Below are positions 1-12,300 of a DNA stretch of 64,000 bases, in pieces; positions within the stretch are counted from its first letter, which is position 1, and each line of letters begins with the position of its first letter. This DNA is from Lingula anatina (taxonomy: Eukaryota > Animalia > Brachiopoda). The translations under genes and the position numbers were made by a program. The notes under the pieces are model-generated. The model was given only the letters and a program-made list of their open reading frames with translations. It was not told where the DNA came from and ran no database searches. The stretch covers positions 19,568,651 through 19,632,650 of the forward strand of contig CM120647.1 of NCBI GenBank assembly GCA_051362555.1, written 5' to 3'.

Positions 1-39
1 TGGTAATGCCCAGGCTATGTGATCTCACTTGTTAATTTT

Positions 40-40
<1 letters not shown>

Positions 41-80
<40 letters not shown>
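41..80. repeat. poly-A tract (40 nt)
   Basis: Direct observation. Confidence 0.9.
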
Positions 81-83
<3 letters not shown>

Positions 84-1903
84 AGACTTACATATGGCAC
101 CCTTACGGCGACTGATATGATATAAATTGGAGCTATAAATGCACTTGTTAGTATGGGTGGCATACGTAACACTTACAATTGGTTTTGAATTGTTATATTC
201 TTGGATCGGAGCAGGGGGGTGGTACATGAAAATAATGATTTCGAAAAATACAAAAAATAATTATTGTGTAACATTTTTATTCAACACAAATTGGGTATAT
301 TCCAGTATATCCCTATGTTGTAAAATAATGTAATGATAATTTTTGATTTACAGAATCCGGAAAAAGATGACGCTCCATTGCAGTGAAAGACAACTGTTCA
401 TCTGCGAGGCGCTTGAAAAAACGCTAACTGGAACACGAACGTAAAGTTGACGTAGAATGTTTTTTATGGCATGCACATTGATTTCAATATATGATTTGCG
501 TTTACTATTGTAAATTAATTTCTTGCTGAGAAATGTTTTAGTCATGTAGTGTGACATTGTGCTTATTTCGAGTTTATTATTCAAGAGACAAAAATACGAC
601 CCATTTACATTAGGCTTTGTTAGCAACACAAGAGCATTTGTTATTGTTTTATGATTTTTTTGGTAACAACACTAAGGGTCTTTGATAACGATGCGGCGCA
701 GAATCGCTACTGATTTAAAGACTTGTTTTGAATTAAGAATGAATTGCGTTCTATAGAATGTGTGACCTACTTGGGGTTAACTTAAAATTACACGCAAACA
801 CACTACGAACGGTACATAAACAACTACATTAACAATGCTGGTGTGTATTACTATTTAATTAATTGTAGGTGTGGAATTCAGGTTAGAGTGTCAGCTTTCG
901 AATGGAGGTAAATAAAATGGCTTTTAGCATGATTTGTGCGCGTTGTAGTTTTACTTGATGAAAATAAAAGTGGACCATGCGCGTGAGAAATTGGATTATT
1001 GGATCTCTATTAAAATGGAAAGGGTAGTAGTGCAAACCGTCAATATTATTTGGACCAATGGTACTAGGTTATGAATTATAGAGCAGTCTTCTAAGGAATA
1101 TGTGGGATCACACCGTACTCACTGTTATGATAGGCTAATGCAGGTCTTAAGTGGAATGTACATGTATAGACATTTGTAAAACCGCATTGAGAGACGATTT
1201 GTCTTTTATAATATGTAGGGCTCACAGATGGGAAATATATTAGTGTAACTCGTTTTGCTAAAGTAATGCTGTTCTGGGACGAGAGAAGTGGGGAAAAAGG
1301 GTGCCTTCGAAGCTAATTATAAGAGAAGGGCGTGTGGCCGCTGTGTTATTCACTTGGATCTAGACCTACTGGTGGGTGTTAAATATCATTTTAACGACCA
1401 ACGTTATCAGTCTCTAGACACGCAAAATGAACATCTTAAAGAAGAGCACATTTTGGGTACATGCGTTACTGTCACCTGTTTAAAGTCCAATTTTTGCAAT
1501 TTTCATTAAATTTTAAACGGGCGCTCTTTAAATTCAGATCCCTATTCATAGATTATTTAAATAATCGTGCCCATCCAATTTTTTGTTTACATATTTATAC
1601 ATTCTTCATTATAAACATAAATGCATTTAAATGTATGTTAAAACTCTTTAGGAGCATGTCTGCTTTTTTATTATTTCGCATTAATGTAGCATGTTATCTT
1701 TAAGAAAACAGGGGTATTGAAGAATGCAATTAATCCCTCTACCACCGCGTGACCTAACTACAGTGTACCTATGGGAACCAACAGATGGGTAATATTGCTC
1801 GTGTTATTAATATACTGATATCTTCGCACACCTTAGCTTACAAATTATTTAAGACGATACCAAGCCATACTTCTGTTGATTCCTACCTACGACGCAGACG
1901 ACA

Positions 1904-2315
1904 ATGTCCGTTCTTTTAGGCTTTATAGTAGGGCTGACTATTTTAGTGGACGGTTTGGCCGATGGTTCCAAAATAGTGAAAGTTTACCGTATGCGTTATG
2001 AAATTCAGTTGATGGAGACAATGCTCGCTGAGTCCTGTCCTAAGAAAGTAGAAGGTATTGTGTATAACCGCTGGGTTTGACTGAAAAATATTATTTTGTC
2101 CTTTATCTTAATCTTCTTCCAATTCTATATGTAAAAACGGAATAAATGTGCGATGTTCATGTTCACTTCCAGCCATATGTGTAGCATTATATGAATTGCA
2201 GTTTCTGATTAGACGTATAAATAGTATCAAAAGGAAATCAGAAGTATAGATAACATATCATTTTCAATTTTGGTGAACAATCATCTAGGGTCTAATGATG
2301 TACACTCCGGTAGCC

Positions 2316-2350
<35 letters not shown>

Positions 2351-3758
2351 CTTTGGTTTGCTTCCTTTTTTATAAAGGAATGTCCGTCACAGACTGGACG
2401 TTAGTAGGACGACGTCAAGTGGACACCAATCTTGACCTGGAGATTCAGCTGGCCAGTGTAACTCTATCCCATCTGAAGCAGCTCTACGCTCAGTGCAAGG
2501 CTGAGCAAGCGGGACAGGTAGCGACGTCAAAGTTCACCACCCCTAAGGCACCAACTACAACTACTACCCCTGCCACAACTACAACTACTACCCCTATGAC
2601 TAGTGCTGGGACTATTTACTTTCCTTATGTAACACGTGAGTTAGATTCATTTCGGTTACTCTGATTATAACTAAATAATTACTGTGAGATCTTTATAAAG
2701 TAAAATTAAATGTTCCAGTGACAACAGATTTCTTTCCGTATTGGAGGAGGAGTTCGTTAGTACCAAAGAGCAAATTAAATTAACTGGCCAAGTCAAAATT
2801 ATATAAATATTGCACAAAAAGTGTTCATCTTTAACGTGGCTCAGTTTTTATTTATTTGTTTGTTTTATGGAATGACCCTAGCACGTGTTTTTCTCCCAGC
2901 AAATGCAACTGTTATCCCAAAGTGGTGCGGCGGTGCACTACGTCAATCACCTCTGACTACACCACCTGTCGGATGGCAGATGTACTACATCGGCCCGGAC
3001 GACAGACACCTGTGGGGCAAAACATGTTCTGATCTCATTCAGTGTATACCAGGTAAATGTTTCTCTCTTGGTTGATATCAACCGCGTTAACAGTCTTTAT
3101 AGTGGACGCCAATTTCTGAGGCCAAAAATAGCTCAAATTAATGTTTTTTTTAATCAATTTGCAATGATTTTGTGCTTATTTTTATCACTTGAAGTGCTAA
3201 CGAGAGATGCGGCCGGGACACTGAAACTGAGAATAAAAAAATTACGCCGCCTTCTGATGAAAATTTACACGCTCTGTAAAAACGCAGTTGTAATAAAATG
3301 TAAATGCTGCATGAATAAAACGTTCCTAAAATTGGCAAAAGACCATACAGACAGTATGAAAACCCTTACACGTGTAAATAAAATTGTTTGTCTTTGTTTA
3401 ACGGTGGAGATACATGTATGTAAAAGAGCTTTAAATGACATCAAAACCAAAACTCATACACAACTGACATATTTGATGTTAGCACTTGTGATGGAGTGAT
3501 CTATGTTTTAAGAATAATACCCACGAAACAGTATTTTTTTTTTCGTTTTCGTTCATCTATCCTTCAGGAATTGGCAGTGCTTCCGATGTCCTCCGTCGTG
3601 GCGGAAACTTTGGCTGCTGGCGAGGCAAACAACCACTAGACCCTGCTGCCATAGTCCGGGGCAGTTGTAAATCGAATTATCAACACACCGGCAAACTTGC
3701 GGATTGTTCTGACTGTTCTTACTTTGGCGTGTGCGTTAATACATCCGGTGGTGCGTAA
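1904..3758 (+). CDS. Uncharacterised secreted protein (~250 aa): signal peptide, helical region, Thr/Pro-rich linker, Cys-rich C-terminal domain; 4 exons
   Basis: Exons 1904-2054, 2378-2635, 2900-3052, 3568-3758 join through GT-AG phase-1 introns into an open 753-nt CDS. It starts acaATG MSVLLGFIVGLTILVDGLADG (signal-like), has PTTTTTPATTTTTTP, and ends GGNFGCWRG...CSDCSYFGVCVNTSGGA*. AATAAA at ~3879 and ~3889. Confidence 0.75.
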
Positions 3759-4815
3759 AATCAACGAATGGAGACAGATTTATTCTAAACAAAGCTGATT
3801 TTATTTTTCACTGACTTGGTCCCACGTATATTGTATCGAGGTCTTTATTTCACACCTGTGCAGTCGAAAAAATGGCAGAATAAAGTGAAATAAATGACGT
3901 GGCTATACAGTATTCAGACTAAGATCTAGTTGGTAAAAGAGTACATCTTTTGTAGAGATAATAAACCCGTCAGGTTTGCTGTTTTGGCCCTTTCTCAAAG
4001 AATATTGATTACTTGACTGATCCCCTTTTATCACATTAACAAAAGCGACTATAGTGAAAAACCTATGTCACGTATCACTTGTTGGTTTTTTATCAGTTTC
4101 AGGTTTCCTCGATCTTGGTTGACATCCGCCATGTTTTTTTTAGAGTTGCAAAATTAATCAACTGCAACAATTGCTCTGAGCAGATGATATATCACACTAT
4201 AATGAGAGGATTTATCACATTCAAAATGACTGTAAGCAGTTAAGGCTATTTACAGGGAATGCAATACAATACAAAGATTGCAAAAAAAAAAAAAAAAAAA
4301 AAAAGAAAAGTAGTCGATGTTGAATTGTATTTACATAAATTACCTGTACGAGCTGTATATAGTAATACGGCACGTAAACATTTAAGGTGCGGTTCGTTTA
4401 CTGTGCAGTGTGGGCATTTACACGTACAGATATCTACTTGACAGAATTGAACGATATAAACGATATAGCATACTAAATGCTGACTCTGCATGACAGCATT
4501 TGAGAGTCATCCACTTGGCCTACTAGTAGAAGAATGAACCAGACAAGTGGGCCATGGCACACAAACATTATTTATCATTTTCAGACACACATGGAGTTAA
4601 TATGGGGTAAACACGTTGTGTTTGCTATCTACCTTAACATAGCTCTCATTGCTTTAATCTGGCTGATCATGGCGCGATATTTCCCAATAAAAAGTGTTTC
4701 TAAAAATGCTACTGACAATTGTTGGTGCCCGGTCGTGACATCCAAAATCCTTGTCTAGTCCGGTGACACCATGGTTCACGTGCTGCCATCTTTTGATAAA
4801 TTTTCTGGCTGTAAA

Positions 4816-7800
4816 CTAAAGCTTGTAGCTGTCAGACCTCGTTGAGCGACACCGACGCCAGAGGAGGTAAAAAGGCAGACAGCTGGCGATGAAACACATT
4901 CCCAGAAACAGCACTCCCAACTGCAAAACAAAAAAACAAAACAAAAAAAAAAAAAATAATAATAATGATAACTATCACGGAGAGGTTACCACATCACACG
5001 CCATTGTCCCATCATTTTTAATCACATGGAAACGGATGTGATCTATGCTGATATTGAACTCAGAATGGTGTCAAGTCAACTGTTATATGGACAAAGTAGT
5101 CTAAAGCTCATCGACCTATTCCACCCTCCCCAAATATATGCTTATAGGGATTCACGGATTCACTTTAGACCTAAGCTAATTTCTGTAACATGTATTTTAT
5201 CTTTAAGAAATCAACAACTGTTTGTACATAAACAACGGTTCTTATACATACCCAGAGAGGGTCACTTTCCAGGCTGTTCTTGTACCAGGAAAATATTGGG
5301 AACTGAACAAAAGTTAACAAATTACCGACGGAAACTTGAATTCCAAATGTCTTTCCGATATGTTCCTTTGGAAATCTAAAATATAAATGCGGTGTTGGAG
5401 GAATATACAGTAAGACTGACGATCATTGTGTCCATTTTATCTATGCCGAGTGTTACTTGCATTTTCTTTTACAAGGTACCTTAAGCACTTTTCCTTCTAA
5501 ATGTTCGATTTATATATACATATTAAATTCATATTATGATTTGGAAACAGGAATTTATTTGTAAACATCGATCAAGAAAATTGCTGACCTATTATTTCTT
5601 TGCGAAAACAATCAGGCAAATGCTAGTTGGTGAAGGCACACGAAAAAAAGCGATAAAATACACACAAGTTGTATTACCAGTTTACTTACGCAGTGGTTAT
5701 GAATGCCAGATGCACGGCGTAACTTCCGGTTTTCAACAGAGAGTGAAACAAAATGGCCACAAACTGCATCTCGATAATGGGGATGATACATGCTATGGAG
5801 ACGACGATCGCTGCCAAAACAGTCAGGGCAAATGGAACCATGAAGCATTGTTCTTTGTCTAAAATGTAAAACGCATAATGAAATGTGTACTATGAAACTC
5901 AATCATACCTGACTGCAATCTTCAGGGATATGACGACCTCTTAGTCTCATATCCGTTTTACGAATTAGCATCATTTGCAAGGCCGCTTTTTATTGGGACC
6001 ATTTCTATTAATACTAAACTGCGTAATCCATTTATATTAAGGAACGACTTTACTAGTTAACATAATATATCCGTGATACACAGCTAAAATAGTGTATTTT
6101 AGACATTTAGATTACTGTTTTAACAGTATTATATGCTTAAAAGTGACAGGCGAACGAAAAACAGTAGTATATAATCATACAAACTCTGTTTCACTCATAG
6201 ATCAGTAAATATCACCATCATATATAATTACCGTCTTTAGTTGCCCTAGAAAGGAGTTTATCCAACATCAAACCAGTCAAGAAGGCCCAAAAAAGGGAAC
6301 CCATTTGAAGCCAGGAAAATGCGTCCGTATACGTACTTACTGTAATATTATAAGGTTATAATAAGATGAACATTTATTATTAAAAAAAAACAATATTAAT
6401 AAATGTTTGTTAGAGTTGTCCACCGTTTTTATTTAAGTGGTCGCAAGCTCAGTGTGACAGGATTAAAGTGATACATACGTAAATGAATTACCTGTACTTT
6501 TCACATTGTTTCCGTAGTAATTGATCACAGAGTAAAAACTGCCTAGGTATGTGACCATAAGGGTTTCCTGGCACAAAAACCACAGCATCAGCACCCAAAA
6601 AGAAGGACTTTTGAGAATCAGTACCGAGCCTTGGAGTAAGCTGGTGTTAGTGCCTTTGTCATCTTCAGCGTTTTCTACGTTGGGGACCAAGTGCATACGT
6701 CTGTCTTCACATGACTGCACGGGATTGACATCGTTTTTGTGTTGTTGCCAAGTGTTATTATCGACATCATGGGCGGGTTCCGTTTTTGATAGTTTATTTG
6801 TGTCATCTGGTGTGATTGCTGCGCTTGGGAAGCCCTGGCGATTAATATGAAGTTCGTTAACCTCATCGTTAGATACAAATCCATCACCATCAGCCTGGAT
6901 GTTCTGGCTGTGGACGTTTGTACTACTTTCTTTGCATGATGTTGGTGATTTTCCAGTACTGCTGTATCCTTTGTGTTTCTTTAAGCAACAAGCGATATCA
7001 ATGTTTTTCCCCTCGTCATCTCTTCTTGGAGGAAGGGTGATTGTGTTGACAGAAGACACAAGAAGTATGATGCCGGTAAAGGTAAACATGCACGTTTTGT
7101 ATGACACTCCAGCTTGGTATGTCAACTAGAAAAGATTTTTGCGCAGTTACACACTTCGTCGATTAAGTTCTAACTTAAAACTTATTTAAATAGCAGTATT
7201 TCAGCAAGGTCTTCTTCATCTTTTACGACCCAATCAGGTTCATCGAAAATTGCCATATGTCGCTGCAGTGCATTATTTTATTACTTTATTCATTCATTAT
7301 CAATTCATTCTCTTTCATGGTCATCTTGCGCGTATTAATTCTGATGAATTATCCATGCAAATTATCTAACATTTGACAGAGGCTTTTTCTTCATCATCGT
7401 TTATAAAGTTGCTATAACAATTGTGTTCCTTACAAAATTACGTTTGCATAATTATTCTTCCAAGTTTGTGGTTTAAAAGCTGTGAGGCTATTTGTTTTCG
7501 TATGTCTGTGTGTGCGTGTTTGTCCATGTGCCTGTATGTGTGCAAGGTTATATAGGAGAACTTACCTTTAACAAAACAGGTACAAAGGCGCTTATACCCA
7601 TAGCACCGGAAACCAAACAGGTGAGCGTTGCTTGTGCCTTAGGAAATAGTCCGGCCACTTGGACGTCAGTTACAGCTAACTGTAGACCTCCAAGCACCTG
7701 AAATACAGCCCCGGGAAATAACAGCCATTCTGTTCCTAAAATAAATGAATAAATAAATAAATAAATAAATAAATAAGTTAAATTAAATTAAAAACAGTTT

Positions 7801-9210
7801 ACAATTCTATATTAAAAGTGTAATAGGTAAACATTAATTCTCCTTTTGTGTGTGCCGTACATTACGTTCATATATTTTCATTAATGAACATGTAGGGAGC
7901 TATCGTGGCTTTTTCTATCGCCGCGACATTATCTGTTATAAATGTGGCTACATGGTCACCAAAGTTTCCAAATTTGCGGATACGTTTAAGTCGAACGTGA
8001 ATATTTAGTACGTTGTCTTTGCATGTACTTATTTTATTTCAATTTTAACAAAATTGTATCGAGTGCAAGTGTTTAGCGAGTGACCATGGCACTGATGCAT
8101 TCTTTGAGCCCTCATTTTCTTATCAACGCCAGTTACGCGTGAACCGAACGTTTACGTCTTACATATTGCAGATATGATATCTGAAACCGTGCATTGAGTA
8201 CTACTTATCTTCCGCAAGTTTTGGTTTTATTTGTTAGCGTACAGTTTGAGATATTTACAGGAAAGGTCTCGTGTAGTTTGCATACCTCTTTCTGCTAACG
8301 CCATCAAGAAGAATCCACCAGCGCATAGGCATCTTAAAGAACGACTCCAAATATTAATTAAATGCTACAGTCATTCCATTACAATTCCATTCACATCAAG
8401 TATGCAAGTATGCAACTTGTTTTGGCATTTTTTACTATATTCATAAAAAGAGAGAAATAGGTCGGAGTGCAAAGAAGACAAATGCTTATTTTTCATTTGA
8501 ACGTGACCGGCAAGCTAATCTTACATAATCTTACGCAATCCGCTATACATTGTACGTAACCCATATAGGCGACCTTTATGTCTCCTCCATCCCAGTGCAC
8601 CATAAACTTTCATAGCCCCATTCACAACAAGAAAGAAGGCAATAAAGAATACTGATTGTTCGAGAATTGGCAAAAAAGACCGCTTTTATTATATGACCCC
8701 ACTATTCTAATCATTTAAACAATTTAAAGTAACAATTTGTTGTCTGTATTAATTATTATTGCCTCAGAGATTATATATATTCAGTATGACTCATCATCTT
8801 AAAATTATCATATAACGAGTCAGCAAAAAGCCGTTGCCCTCAGTATATACTTACATACATACAATCCTCACACAAACGGTCCCGCAGTGATCATAGATAT
8901 ATCCAAGCACTGGTAAAGATACCACACCGATAACAGCGATCGTGTATACAAGGGTGAGCGCCTCTTCCTGCTCGGTGCACTTATGAACTCGGGCGTCTTC
9001 AGCTGCTTCTTGGGTGCAGTTACTAGTAGGTAGTCCGTTACAATCAGAACTATTGGTAACAGAATCAAAATAACACCGATCACCGTAAAATCCTTCCTCT
9101 ACGAATATGAAAACAAATGCTGGCCATCCGAAGACCGTGACAGAGTAGACAGCAGCCTCCAAGATACCCAGAACGGTACACAATAGCTTCCAACACGTGG
9201 ATTGTGCCAT
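4816..9210 (-). CDS. SLC43A3: SLC43A3-like transporter, copy A (8 exons, ~570 aa)
   Basis: Exons 9210-8855, 8332-8286, 7735-7566, 7125-6492, 6339-6232, 5858-5690, 5375-5252, 4920-4816; all GT-AG, 1713 nt in frame. SLC43 motifs: FGWP in TM1, C..QEE.L.LVYT, GYIYD..G, FPKEHIGK, SLESDPLW (cf. FPSEHFGK and SLQNDPFY in vertebrate SLC43A3, from memory). Confidence 0.85.
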
Positions 9211-10919
9211 GTCGACCGTCCTGTACAAATTCTAAGGAGTCACTGTCCTGGCCTCGAAGTCACCAGGGCTGATAGTTGCCCGCTCATTCACTTGGACCCG
9301 GTAGCATCAAACGTCGCCAAGACGTGGCAGTTACGTGCAAGTTACTCTAGTGTAAAACGATACTTCAGTTCGCTAAGCATTTGTACCCAGCTGGAGTTAA
9401 CGTAAGACTTAACTATGTCATAAATCTACGCCTGCCTTGTTGGAGATATACCCTGGTATGTCGGTCGTAGCTGGGCCGTAGCTTGTTGTCTAAAGAATCC
9501 CCTGGTTCTACTTAAAATGAGTGAGACTACAGATCACTGTGTTGCCACTATATCGATATTGCCTTTAGATTTCCCGTCAACCGGGACATCCTTCCTAGAA
9601 GACCTCAGGTGTAGTCATAAAGGGTGTGTAACCTCTCTACCTGACTTGCGTGCAAATCTAGGGTCATGAAGAGCGGTTCAGGTGGAGGAAAGAAAATGCT
9701 CGATTGCAACACTTCCAGAATAGCGAGGCTTGTGCAGTGGGCTTAAACAGGGAGAGCACGCGGACACAATTTATTCAGTTTTCCGATTTCTTATCTCATA
9801 CAAAAGATGTTAACATTAAAGTTTTGAATGCTCATTTTTTTCTAAATACATTTTGTTTCTGTTCAATTTATATGATTTATTTTGTGGGAAGTTCAAGATC
9901 GGTCTCAGACATAATGATGAAATTTAAGTGCTATATACTTTTACTTTATCAACCACAAATGGTATGTTATGTATTTGTACCTATTATTGATAATATCCGT
10001 AGAGATGATGCTGTGAAATTAAATGGGAATCTAATATTGAAAGACTTTTTAAGCAGAATGTTTTTTGGGTATACGCTGATTTTTTTCATTTAAAGTAAGG
10101 TATTGTTGATTGAACCAAGTTTCAGAATATTTAACATGAAGCAAGGAGAATAAGTTAGACTTTTTATTGACAACTTTCGAAAAAATGGCACATTTAGTGT
10201 GATTAGCAGTCGAAATGTATAAAAATAAAGTGCACTCAGAATTGGAAATGGTTTGAAGCGATCTATATTGTGAAACTATATCCTCGGTTAGTATATCCTC
10301 AGTGTATGAAATAATAAAAGCAATAATTAAGACTGGATGCAAAACTGCAAAGGACTACCAAACGCAGATAACTCTGCAATTTTAGCGTTTTCAGAGGCAC
10401 ATCTTCAGTCAATGATACTTCAATTTAGCAGCTAGAGGCCTAGGCATCACCGCCATTGTCTCAATAACTGTTTCCCTTATATGTATCAGCGCCAACGACT
10501 GTAGGTGGTAAAACACGTAGCATACTTGTGAAGCGTCGTTTCTGCTCACGAAAGTCTTGACAAAGAATTGAATCGGTTCTGTTGCTACAGCATCTGTCAA
10601 AATTCAAATGCCACTTCTCAACTGTCAGTGACAAATATTGTGTCGTTTCCATTGAGGTAGAAGACAAAAAACCGTTCTACCTGGTAACGTCGTATTGCTA
10701 GGACTGCCAGGACTATTAAACAACGTTAGCAGTAAGAAACAATTAAGTACAGTGACTGCCGAGCACGCAGGTCTGCTTCTAACAGGGCACGATTTTTCCC
10801 AATATACTTTCTTTCTGCAGATACATTGTTGAATAGTTTTTGTCCAGTCGCCAAAACAAAATTCCAGCAATACAACAGATACTGCAAGGTCATCACCTGA
10901 CTCATATTTTGGCTATTAT

Positions 10920-11041
10920 CTACAGAGTATAGCAGTTTTTCCTTGTGGAGCGACACCGACGCCAAAGAAGGTAGAAAGGCAAACAGCTGGCGGTGAGACA
11001 TATTCCCAGGAACAGAACTCCCAACTGCAAAAACAAAAACA

Positions 11042-11081
<40 letters not shown>

Positions 11082-12232
11082 TCTATCACGGAGAGGTGTT
11101 CTCATCATATATTTGTAAATGTACATGTAATTGTGCCATTCTTCATGATTTCATGGAAAAATGTGACCCTGAAAGATATCAAAATAAAAATGGTCTTAAG
11201 TCAACTGCTCGCTGGGCAAAGTAGTCTTCAGTGCCTTGACTTTTTTTCCAAAACTAAAAAACCGAAATGGTTAAGCTTATAGGAATAAATGGGATGATAA
11301 CTCTTCGTATGAGAACTATATTTCACAATAAAAAACATTGGAAACAACTCAAAGAAATATAATATATTCTGTTTTACCATAAAAAAGGCAGTTATAGCTA
11401 TTATTCTGATGTCTGAGCTTGTCATCAGACCACGTGACCTCAATAGATGACTATGCTCTGTAATATTCTCATAAGAAATTATAACATAACTTAACATAAC
11501 ATAACCAAACTTAAAAAAAAAAAAAAAACTTTGAATGTAGACATGACTTCGATAATCATTGGTAAGTATGGAAAAATGTTGCTTACTCCAGGAAAGTCCA
11601 AAACAAACAATTATTATCCCTTAAACTTAAGATCTTAGCTAGTGTATTGCTATGTTACGTACTTTTTGGTCTAGAATGTTGTGAGACAAAGGCTCCTATA
11701 CCTACCCAGAGAGGGTCACTTTCCAGGCTGTACTTGTACCAAGAAAATATTGGTAATTGAACAAAAGTTAATATATTAGCGACGGAAACTTGAATTCCAA
11801 ATGCCTTTCCGATATGTTCCTTCGGAAATCTAAAAAATAAATGATGTGTTGGAAGAAAATGTGTCCAGCAATAATTGTGTTTGTATTATCCATGTATACT
11901 CCCCCAGCAAAAAAAGTGTCACCCCTGTCATTTAAGTACACTGGCACATGGGGTAGCCATAGTTTAACTTTACTATCACATTGGTAACCGATCATCGTGT
12001 AAATTGGGGGCGTGAGAAAATTGGATAACTGAATGTTAACAATGCATACATAAATGATCTCATACTATCTATACACCGTATATAAAACGCCATGCACAAA
12101 CGGGTCAAGTACGTCCTCCAATCCATAGAATACTGTATAAATATTAAAATGTGGTTTTGAATTTTTTTTACTATAATTAGCCCATTCATTGAATCATAAC
12201 ATGTTTTTTTGTAGCACTTAACGCATTGCATT

Positions 12233-12300
<68 letters not shown>

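Noticed and set aside
3068-3499. 143-aa plus-strand ORF
   Set aside because: Lies within intron 3 of the secreted-protein gene, non-ATG start, no recognisable motifs.
6551-7129. Recurring plus-strand ORFs such as KQQAMSMLFPSSSCLGGRVIVLTED in every copy
   Set aside because: Antisense shadows of conserved exon 4, not an independent gene family.
9704-10093. 129-aa ORF repeated at 21674-22045
   Set aside because: Conservation is explained by the recent segmental duplication; AT-rich, non-ATG start, and the start is changed in the second copy.
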